NCBI RefSeq assembly: GCF_001194135.2
Contig: NC_068994.1
Coordinates: forward strand, 46,398,361 to 46,436,587
Source: Octopus bimaculoides
Taxonomy: Eukaryota
Reading direction: 5' to 3'
Length of the DNA: 38,227 nt
Positions 23,199 through 33,319 of the stretch are shown piece by piece. Both the position numbers and the translations under genes were made by a program. Positions within the stretch are counted from its first letter, which is position 1. Every line of letters begins with the position of its first letter. The notes under the pieces are model-generated. The model saw only the letters and a program-made list of their open reading frames with translations, made no database searches and was not told where the DNA came from.

Positions 23199-24142
23199 TA
23201 TATCCTTATATGGGACTAAGCATACTTCAATACCACAGATTATAGAATAAAAAAATGTTACAATAACCAAAGTACTTGGCGATGTGACATGCAACAGAAT
23301 GGCACACTACCAAGGGAGAGAGGCAATACATCCTTAATAATAATAATTTAGATGTAAATAGCAGTGAGGCTCAGATTCAATCTCCAAAAACACTTCAGGG
23401 TTTAGCAGGTAATTATATTATAACTACAAGGTCTATGAGCTGTTGTCATGCGATAACATGATATTTGGTTCAGCTGGTGTGGTTAAGAAGTTCACTCTGT
23501 AATTATGTAGTTAAAGGTTCCATCCCAATGTGCAGCACCTCAGACAGGAGTCTTTTACTATATAGACTCAAACCCAGGCCCACCATACCAAGCTTTGTAA
23601 ATGGCACCCAAATAGAAATCCATCCCCTTCAGGGACAGACACACTACTGCTTAGTATAAGTGAAAGGCACATTGAATAACGTAGTTGTCCTGTATACCGT
23701 TTAAAACAAGGGATTTGTCACGGGTCTACTGGATGAAGGATGACCTAGGGTTAAACAATAACTATTTATATAGTAGTTTACTTAGCTGTAAACAGCAAAG
23801 TCCACCCGAGCTGGGTCGCCCGTCACTCATCAGAATTTGGCTGTCCGGCAAAATAATGGTTTGATCAAACAAGAAACACACACACACACACAGAGGACAT
23901 AGGGGAGGGGGAAAAATTCAAGAGATCATTTCCTGCCACTGCTTTGCACCAGCCAGCTGGTCTGCATGATGAGGTAGTAGATGCAATAGGAACGACAGGT
24001 TTTGCCTTTTTTTTTTGTCGCTAAGGCTTCGTCAATCCAATTCCCACCCCTACCGAACACGTACATTATTACATCGCTCCACGCAATTAGATAATAAGCG
24101 ATGGGAACGAAGGTGGCGAGAGAAGGAACGAAATCAACTTAC

Positions 24143-24199
24143 CTGTCGTCACTTTTACCCGTTCGGTGTTTAATCCGCAGTTACTGACTGGTAAGGACT
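24143..24199 (-). CDS. Candidate 57-nt internal exon, phase 1-1: (E/K/Q)SLPVSNCGLNTERVKVTT
   Basis: Acceptor ctcttcttttttttcattattgcag| and donor CAG|GTAAGT. 19 codons; only the phase-1 frame is open, the other two contain TAA. Protein not recognised. Confidence 0.65.
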
Positions 24200-24351
24200 C
24201 TGCAATAATGAAAAAAAAGAAGAGATGTAGAGATGCAGTTAGATAGTTAGATGGGATACAGAGAAAGACGGATAGGTTATGAATTAGACAAGCAACTATA
24301 CATATATATCACACATTCACATACTAATGTGCATGCTTGTGTGTGTGTGGA

Positions 24352-24401
<50 letters not shown>

Positions 24402-24693
24402 ATGAATGAATGTAAAAGAGGAAAGAGGAATATTTTCGTTTGGTGTCGTTATGAATGAAGTTAGTTCAATTTACGGCAGTGGCGACGCACGACTCGTGAT
24501 TTCAAAAGACCGATTTAATTCCCAATGAAAACAAGAAACAAACAAAAATATTGTGTAAACTGAATATACCGATCATGTAAGATCACGGTCATGTAGAATT
24601 AATTTTCTTAACGGTTGTATAATCCAAGTACCTCATGCCTTTATCGTCACACACACTCACACATATATATTATTCTTTAACAAAATTAGTGTT

Positions 24694-24740
24694 AATAGTG
24701 ACTTCGAAGTTCGGTCTACTTAGCCTTCATCGGACAACTG
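24694..24740 (-). ncRNA. Degenerate type-I hammerhead relic
   Basis: Minus strand CCGATGA-A-GG-CTAAGTAGA-CC-GAAC-TTCGAA-GT-C; 10-bp palindrome ACTTCGAAGT (24701-24710); core damaged (U4 to C, one A missing from GAAA). Confidence 0.45.
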
Positions 24741-25464
24741 TTTTTTTTTTTTTTTAAATAATAACTCGACATAAAAACAAACATTTATGTAAATATATTT
24801 ACTCACACTCACACAGGTAAAAGAAATCGGTTTCGAGGTAGACCATGACTGAAATATAAGGACCTAGGCTAAACAAACGTTGCATGGAAAGAATGGATTG
24901 GCAATCGATACCGCAGCAGGACAACAGCAGACAAAAAAACCTAGTGAAACCGAAGATCGAATTATAGCTGATACTACGACTTACGACATCACTTATGGGA
25001 CACACATCGCCAACTACTGAGCATGTATAAATATGTGACTATATCTAAATTACTTATGTATAGTGAATAGGCAGGCATACCATATATTTACATCTAATAA
25101 TATATATAAAAAGCCTAGAAAATATACGTCCGTTGAAAGTGAAAAACATGCGTAGATCAGAAAGGAAACAAGTAACATGAAGATAGCCATAGAACGAACA
25201 CACCATTAAGAAAACAAGACCGAGGTAGAAAGCGGGTGTGTTAGAGAGAAAGGAAGAGGACGAGCAATATACTGGACAAATGGAAAACATAAGAGTAATG
25301 AAAAAGGATAAGAAGCTTGAGCGGGGATGAAATATAGTGTAGTGTGTAGCTCAGAAAGTAAGATAGTATTAGGAGGGAGAGAGGGAGTTAGTTGTTTTGT
25401 CCCGATTCAGTTATTTCTATGACCATAGCATGTTACAGCCCCACAACCAACCCGTCTTTTGCGT

Positions 25465-25535
25465 CTAGGGCAAGCATGGGCAATATTTTTCGCGAAGCGG
25501 GCCGCATGGATCATCATCAAGCGGGCCGATTGTTA
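25465..25535 (+). mobile_element. hAT (Charlie-like) 5' terminal fragment
   Basis: tctagg-gcaagcatgggcaa..gcgggccgcatg; similar fragment at ~34840-34915 (ttagagcaggtatgggcaacc..gggtcgcat). Confidence 0.45.
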
Positions 25536-26399
25536 AAACAATTTTTCAGTTGGGTGTGACATTCAGAGAGTCCCACGGGCTGCAGGTTTTGCACTTGACT
25601 GGTCTTAGAGCACAGATTCCAATATGTTCTTTTCTTTTAAAGATGGTCGAATGAGTGCGAGTTTTAGCAAAACTTTTGGCTGTTATTTCTAACAGGTCAA
25701 GCGACCACATGCAGGCTCCTCCTTCGTCACATAAGGGAACTTGCAGAACGGGAGGAGGAGACAAAGATAACAAAGAACTTCTGGAACAATCACACACACA
25801 CACACACACTAGTAGGGTAAGTGGGGGATGCCCACTAGAAATAGCAGCTAAATCTTCAACTCATTTTACTGTTTTACAAGATCAAAGGAATTGGATAATT
25901 GTAGTTCTAGATGCACTATAGCTGGGAAAAGATGGGATTATCTCAACTGGCCTAAGTTTGGATTTTTCAGGATCGATGTAGGGTTAAGCGGTTAAGCAGT
26001 AACAGTGGTAAAGGTCCAGGTAAACCAAACCTACTATGTAGGTTCTACTTCCTTCCATCCATCCAGAGAGAGAGAGAAAGAGAGAGAGAGAGATTTGGCG
26101 ATACAAACAGGAAAACAGAACTTAAACACGTGAATATATATCTTTTATTATTCGCAATCGGCAGAAGTTACAGAAAGACTTCAGGGCCCAGAGTTACGTG
26201 TATTGGTATCTATCTACACACATGCACATACAATGCATATATATATATATCTTTATAAATATGCTTTACACACAATTACAAACGCACATCGAAAGAGGGG
26301 AAAAGTTATGAAAGACGAAGTATGAAGAGAATAAGTGTTTCCTCTCCATCCCCCCTCTCCTCATCATCAAATCTGGAGTGACAACATAAAGGAGAAGGG

Positions 26400-27000
26400 G
26401 TAGATTTAAATTAAAAACAAGACGGGAGTGAAGAGAGAGAGAGAGTGATAGAAAGAGAAAGAGCTAAGGAACTGGGACCAGAAAAAGAGAAAATTAAAAT
26501 AAAGAGGGGATAGTAAGAATGTTAGGTAAATTATAGAGAGAGAAATGAAAGTAAAATGAAAGAGAGGATGAGGAGTTGAAGTAAAAAGAAAGAAGGGGGA
26601 GGTAAATAGAAAGAGAGAAAGTGAGATACAAGCGGAGAAAGGAATGAGTAGAGAGATAAATAGGAAAGAAAGAGTGAGTAGTAGAGAGATAGAAAGGAAG
26701 GGACACAAAAAGTGAGTAACAAATAGAGAGGGTGGAAAGAGCGAGTGGAGATATATAAAGAGAAAAGAGACAGAGTAGAGCGACAGAAAAAAAGGAGAGA
26801 GCAGCAAATAGAGAGAGAGAGAGAGAGAGCGTGGAATGGTGTAATGAAGAGAGATACAAAAAAGATAGATAGAAAGGACCGAGAGAGTAAGTAGCAAATA
26901 GAAAGAGATAGAGAGGAAAGGAAACAGAGAGTAGATAAAGAGAGAAAGAGAGAGAGAGATAGAAAAGGAGGAGGGAGAGGAGAGCTATAGAAGTAATTAG
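26400..27000. repeat. ~600-bp GA-rich low-complexity tract
   Basis: Almost entirely purine on the plus strand; source of the S/L/F-rich minus-strand ORFs. Confidence 0.9.
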
Positions 27001-27743
27001 TGAAAGCTGATAAACATTGTTAGGTGAAGGAATGGCGCCATATAGCAATTTGGGTGTCTGAACTGACTGGGAGAGCGAGGGTTAGAGGGGCAGCAGGGTA
27101 TATATATACATATATATATACACACACACACACACATACAAATGATGTGTGTGTGTTTGTATATATGTAAGTGTGAGCATACATATATATGTGTAATGTG
27201 TGTGTGTCTTGTCCTCTTTAGTCTCCAGTTTTATTTGTGGGGTTTGTGGTTTGTCGTCTGGATGCTGTGTGAATGCGTGTGTGTGTGTAATTATTTATCT
27301 ATGGTGTACTTGTATGTTTATAAGTTTGCAACCCAGTATGTACGTGTGTGTATGAGTTTCTATAGTCTTCTAGGTAGCTAATGTATGTATCCACGCCAGC
27401 CTTTTTGTTGTTGTTGTAACTGCATTGCCTATGTGATAATGATGATGATGATGATCTATGTATGTGAGTGTGTGTTTATATTCTTGTGGGTTTTTTTTTT
27501 GCAATGTTGTGTACGTGTACAGTTAACTAAGTATTTATCTGTGGGTGTACACACACGGATCATGTATCTGTGAGTCTGTTTATACTCTCTGGTTTGTCAT
27601 TGTGATGCTGTGTGTTGTACAATAGTACATATTTTGTGCGTGATGGGTTTATACGTTGTGATTGTATTCACATGAATCTGTGGCTTGTTTTGCCATCCCG
27701 ATAATGTGTGCACGTATATTTTATTTTATATATATATATATGT

Positions 27744-28124
27744 AGGCGCAGGAGTGGCTGTGTGGTTAGCTCGCTTACCAACCACATGGTTTCGGGTTCA
27801 GTCCCACTGCGTGGCACCTTGGGCAAGTGTCTTCTACTATAGCCTCGGGCCGACCAAAGCCTTGTGAGTGGATTTGGTAGACGGAAACTGAAAGAAGCCC
27901 GTCGTATATGTGTATATATATGTATGTATGTGTGTTTGTCCCCCCCCCATCGCTTGACAACTGATGCTGGTGTGTTTACGTCCCCGTAACTTAGCGGTTC
28001 GGCAAAAAGAGACCAATAGAATAAGTACTAGGCTTACAAAGAATAAGTCCTGGGGCCGATTATCTCGACTAAAGGCGGTGCTCCAGCATGGCCGCAGTCA
28101 AATGACTGAAATAAGTAAAAGAGT
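27744..28124 (+). mobile_element. Family A SINE, full length, least diverged copy
   Basis: aggcgcaggagtggctgtgtgg..gggttcagtcccactgcgtggcaccttgggcaagtgtcttctactatagcctcgggccgacc..gactgaaataagtaaaagagt. Confidence 0.92.
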
Positions 28125-28399
28125 ATATCTGTGTGTGTGAGTATTATACACAAATACATTTATGAACGTCAATGCAACGGAGAAACTGTGTACGAATAAG
28201 CGTTAGAAGAGGCTGCATTAACACACCCTGCATTCTCTATGGTGCCTGCCTGCATGCGTAGTCTCATAACCGACATCGTCGTTTTAACGTCCGTTTTTCC
28301 ATGTTTGTATGGATCAGATTTTTTTCTGAGGCAGATCTATGACCGGACGCTCTTCCTATCTCGCCATCTCTCACCTGTTTCCCACCTAAAGTAACATTT

Positions 28400-28642
28400 T
28401 CTGATATATATATGTGTGTGTGTGTGTGTGTATGTTTGTGTGCCTGTGTTTGTCCCCCCCCCCCCCAACATCGCTTGGCAACCGATGCTGGTGTGTTTAC
28501 GTCCCCGTAACTTAGCGGTTCGGCAAAAGATCATCCGATGGAATAAGTACTAGGCTTACAAAGAATAAGTCCTGGGGTCGATTTGTTCGACTAAAGGCAG
28601 TGATCCAGCATGGCCGCAGTCAAATGACTGAAACGAAGTAAA
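28400..28642 (+). mobile_element. Family A SINE, 3' half
   Basis: gtgtttgtccccccc..catcgcttg-caaccgatgctggtgtgtttacgtccccgtaac..gactgaaacgaagtaaaag. Confidence 0.88.
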
Positions 28643-28950
28643 AGTATATGTCGTCAGCCTTGAAACGGACACCGTTTGTTGGACAGTGATGCTCGTTTAC
28701 AACGATCTGGCGAATGTCAAGACAAGGACTCTCTCTCTCACACACACACACACGACAAACTTCTTTCAATTTCGGCGCACCTAATCCGCTTCCTAGTCCT
28801 TGGCTGGCGTGAAACTGTAGAAGGCTTTTCCACAAGGTATCACGCAATGTCATTGAACCCGATGTAATCGACTATCCCCCCCTCCCCCCAAAAAAAATTT
28901 CAGACCTTGTGCTTATAATAGAAAGGATTATTATTATTACTATTATCATT

Positions 28951-29135
28951 GAAGGCGGTGAACTGGCAAATTCCTTAGCGGCATTTCGTCCGTCTTTACG
29001 GTTTGAGTTCAAGTTCCGCCAACGTCAACTTTGCCTTTCATTCTTTCAGGGTGAAACATTGAAGCCGATGTAAACGGCTAGTCCCCACCACTCCCTTCAA
29101 AATTTTAGGCTCGGTGCCTATAGTAGAAACGATTA
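28951..29135 (+). mobile_element. Family B SINE
   Basis: gaaggcggtgaactggca..gagttcaagttccgcc..gtcaactttgcctttc..gtgcctatagtagaaacgattattatt; a second 3' end lies at ~28850-28940. Confidence 0.8.
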
Positions 29136-29747
29136 TTATTACATTACTATTAATATTATTTAATAGACCTCCCATCTCGGAAAATCAATGTCTTTGTGTC
29201 AATGTTAAACATCGACATTTTACTGGCACCACAGTTTTATTGTCACTCACATTCCTGGTAGGTACCAGTATCTTTTTATCGACAGCTCGTCCAATTCCAT
29301 CCTACTCCACGAAACGAGAGTTAGTTGTCTGCCGAGAATACCAACTCGCTTGAAATCATCCGTTTCCGCAATACAAACAAACTCCCTGCTTTAAAATGAT
29401 TTTCAATATAATCTGCCATCAAAACTTCATGTTAATTCGCGTCCCAAATACCAGCTTAATAACGAGAAAGTTATTTCAATAAATTCCTCATTATATTTCA
29501 TAATTAATTGGACAAGTAATTCCAGCAGAAATATGGTGAGAAAGGGGATCAAATGTAGACTTTGCAAGCGAGAGGTGCAAACTACGTCTATGATCAAAGG
29601 TGCCCACCTCAAATGTGTCCTCCGCTTTTGTTTCAAGACAATGAGCGTCAGATTCGCAGAAGAGCTGGCTACAATCTCCACAAGCGATCACATCAAAGCA
29701 GTCTTTCTTGTTGGCTCCACGAAGTATTTATGCTTCCAAGATCAATG

Positions 29748-29781
<34 letters not shown>

Positions 29782-30879
29782 TATATATATTATACACACA
29801 CGATATATACACATACCGATGCGTGTATAAATGTGTGTTTATGTGTATGTGCACGTACATGTCTTCTTTTCCAAGTCAGTCTTCAGAAATTATACGGACA
29901 AACATACACATACACACGGTGTGTGTCTCAGTGTGTGAACTTGTGTGTCAAAGGGCGGGAGTGGGCGACCAGACCAAATAACATTGCTATTTAGCAACCC
30001 ATACCAGTAGAAAAAACCCTACCACCACCCGCCAAGCCCACAACCACGGCCATTATCACTTCCTGTCCAAGTTAGTCATGTTGACTTCATATAAACAACG
30101 CAAAAAGTGGAAGAGGCGACGGGCGGGGAGGGCTGCAGCGGTAAAGGCGAAGGGAAAAAGGGGATGTGAGGGGGGGACGAGGCCAGGTATGACAGCGGTG
30201 GCTACCACGACCACGACGACCACCACCACAACGACACAAGCGTTATTGTCGGAGTTTGTGAGAGCGAATCTGTCATCCAGTTTAGCGCCATCACTTAGAC
30301 CCTGCCTGCTTTAAATGGAGTCCCCATTCAATTGTAAGCAGGCTAGCTAACTAACGCTGGTTAAGACCTCTCTGATCTGAGGGTTAGTTTCCCCTTACTT
30401 CCTTATCAGTCAAAAGAATCACGGGCGCCGCTTTTCTTTATTGGAATAAAAAATCAAAAGTAAAAAAAAAACAAAACAGACAGACAAACAATTAAGACTA
30501 TCTTTTAATTAAAGTAGCACTAAACATCAAGCGCAATGAATCACTTGCACCACGCACAAACGAGCTAATGAGGAAAGTCTAAGCAGTCGCTTGATCTGGT
30601 AGAAATAGCAGCCAATACGATTTAATCTTGAATCACCTCAACTTTAAGAAAAGAAAAGAGGAACACGTAGAATACTACAGTCCAAGGTACAGATTATAGT
30701 GGTGGTGGTGGTGGTGGTGGTGGTGGTGGTGGTAGTGGAATTTGAAGACAAAGGTCATGGCTGTAATGCCTATGACCTTATGTTTTGCTCTGGAACTAAA
30801 GCAACAACAACGCAGGGACGGGGACTTCCTCCAACCACATGTACAGCCAGAAAATGAGCCAATGAGGGCTCATTGATGC

Positions 30880-31052
30880 AGACACTCAGTCTGCTAGAAA
30901 TACTAGCAAAAATCCCTGAAATCACAAGGATATATTTGGACAAGACGGTAGCCTTCAATATACAAACAGACAGGAGGTGGTGGTCACTGTTGGAAAGCCT
31001 TTGATCACGGGACTGCTTAATCAAGAGATGACCTGGGGCTAGCTAAACAACA
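30880..31052 (+). repeat. Interspersed repeat family X (ctgctagaaatagcagccaaat ... gacctagggctaaacaac)
   Basis: Decayed copies also at ~7670-7760 (-), ~8660-8830 (+), ~10130-10480 (+), ~16850-16890 (-), ~17660-17700 (-), ~25660-25720 (-) and ~30585-30810 (+). Class not determined. Confidence 0.6.
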
Positions 31053-31185
31053 ACAGCACAGTATGCTGATCTTCACGTTCTTGCATTGGCTGCACCAAAG
31101 TCACCAATAACGGTGACGGCGGGGGGGGGGGGGGGAGATTTGAATGTCTTGTCTTGAAGCAAAGTACTGAGCCAAACATTTATAC

Positions 31186-31659
31186 CAGCGCTGGATTAAC
31201 CATTAAGCAAAATAAGTACATGCTTAGGGCATCAAGGGAAGGAGGGGGCACCACAGAAATGGTAAATGGTTTACGGCACAAAAGAAATCACCTTAAATCA
31301 CAGAAATGGTAAATGGTTTACGGCACAAAAGAAATCACTTCAAACTTGCTAAAATAATATTCGGGATGCCTTTATCTCTACTAAGTATAGATGCAGATGT
31401 GTTACCTAAGATCAATTTTGAGGATCTGATCAAAGACTTGGCAATTCAAAAAAGTAGGAGGAAACTTTTCAAATATAAATAAAGTGGAAGTAGACAAAAA
31501 TAAACATTATTTTCCCTCTTAATGTTTTTTTTAGTTTTGAAAAATAAAAATTTATTTTATGGTCAGTTATTGTTTATATTTTGAATTACATAATCTTTTA
31601 TGGGGGGCACCAAAATCTTTTAAGTGCTTACGGCCTCACTGATTCTTAATCTGGCCCTA
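31186..31659 (+). mobile_element. Non-autonomous hAT (Tip100/ZMYM1-like) deletion derivative
   Basis: TIRs cagcgctggattaa / ttaatctggccct. 31366-31482 encodes MPLSLLSIDADVLPKINFEDLIKDLAIQKSRRKLFKYK*, resembling the hAT C-terminal dimerisation tail (LSI(E/D)...(I/L)(D/N)F..LI..FA..KSR). Confidence 0.75.
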
Positions 31660-31719
31660 CCCATAGATAAAGTGCAAATGAAATAATGTATATGGTATTG
31701 TCATGAACAGAAGAGAAGA

Positions 31720-31751
31720 ACTGGTTTCGGACCGAATTCCTCCCTCATCAG
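31720..31751 (-). ncRNA. Hammerhead core lacking stem I (probably inactive)
   Basis: Minus strand CTGATGA-GGG-AGGAATTCGG-TCC-GAAAC-CA-GT-T; flanks do not form stem I. Confidence 0.4.
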
Positions 31752-31829
31752 AGTAGCTAGAAATACCAGTCAAAGCACCCTTGAAAATTGCAATCTGTCA
31801 TCTATAATCAAATAAGGAAAAATGCATTA

Positions 31830-32069
31830 GATTCTTATTTCTTTATTGCCCACAAGGGGCTAAACATAGAGAGGACAAACAAGGACAGACAAAGGGATTA
31901 AGTCGATTACATCGATCCCAGAGCATAACTGGTACTTAATTTATCGACCCCGAAAGGATGAAAGGCAAAGTCGACCTCGGCGGAATTTGAACTCAGAACG
32001 TGACAGCAGACGAAATACCGCTAAGCATTTCGCCCGGCGTGCTAACGATTCTGCCAGCTCACCGCCTTA
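31830..32069 (-). mobile_element. Family B SINE variant with extended 3' end, near intact
   Basis: ttatttctttattgcccacaaggggctaaaca..atcgaccccgaaaggatgaaaggcaaagtcgacctcggcggaatttgaactcagaac..ctgccagctcaccgcctt; a tail-only fragment is at ~21560-21610. Confidence 0.9.
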
Positions 32070-32179
32070 AATGCACTAGATTGTATCACCTTTTAGGTAT
32101 TCCTAAAGAAAAAGATAGGATGGTCACCACTGGAATGGCTTTACTATATAGGTATGCATTTAAAGTAGTTGTGACTGAG

Positions 32180-32456
32180 TGATGTATGTGTGTGTGTGTG
32201 TGTGTGGGGGGGTATATACACACACACACACATTAGAAAAGGATGTTTATATATATTAAAGAGAGAGGGGTATATGTGCAGATATGTGTGTGTGTATAAA
32301 ATATAGTGGCATAATCTATACACATTGATACACACACACACACACACATAGATATACACATATATACATACACACATATATACATACATACACATATATA
32401 CATACATATATATACATACACATATATTCATACATATATATACATACACATATATT

Positions 32457-32517
<61 letters not shown>

Positions 32518-32520
32518 AAT
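32180..32520. repeat. Compound (GT)/(CA)/(TACA)/(TA) microsatellite
   Basis: Explains ORFs 32144-32678. Confidence 0.95.
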
Positions 32521-33319
32521 ATATGAGTATATGCATATATATGTACATGTATGTATATACGTTCATCTACATGTACATATAGATACATAACTGGGTACAT
32601 GACGTGGCAAAAGAACAAGGACAAAATGGTAAACAAGGTGCAACAAACAAGCAGGCCACATAGAAACATCCCCTTCATCAGCTGCCACCATTAAAACTCC
32701 GGCGTTTATACACACATACGCACACATAAGGGATGAATGAGGTGTATATACATAATGTACATGGGTGTGTATATATACACATATACATCATAAAAGTGGG
32801 TCATTGATGTGTGTGTGTGTGTGTGTATAACCTAGGAGAGGATGAAGGACCCTTGAATAGAGAGCAATTATATACTAGTGTGTGGTTGAAGAAGAAGGTG
32901 GGTAGTAGGGTGAGTAGGGATAGAATAAGAGTGGGAGAGATTAAGAGATGTGGAGGGGTGGGGGAGAATAGGCTGTGGAAAACAATTAAGGGAGATTATA
33001 AAGACAGCTGTCTTAATCAGTGAGAGTAATTAATAGATGGTGATAGTGTTGCAGTTGTTGTCAGTGGTGGTGGTGGTGGTGCTTATAATGGTAGCTGTGG
33101 TTTTTGGTAGTGATAGTAGTGGTATCAGCAATGATTGAGGTGGTGGTGGTGGTGGTGGGAATGTTAATGGTAGTAATGATGTGATTAAGACCATGCAGGT
33201 GGTTTATGTTGGTGATGGTGCAGGGGATGGTTTAGGTGGTGGTTGGGTGGGTGAGTGAGTGAGTGGCAGTGGTCTGGGTTTGTTGTAACAACAGCATTGA
33301 AGTAAGAATGTAGTGGAAT

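Noticed and set aside
23970-24040. let-7 family microRNA gene
   Set aside because: No complementary star arm on either side, so no precursor hairpin.
24804-24847. 36-42-nt minus-strand exon (VMVYLETDFFYL)
   Set aside because: It would create TAG when joined to exon 24199-24143, and the acceptor lies in family X repeat sequence.
32655-32720. Hammerhead at minus-strand CTGATGAAGGGG
   Set aside because: No downstream stem II/GAAA, and the upstream TAAAC does not form a convincing type-II fold.
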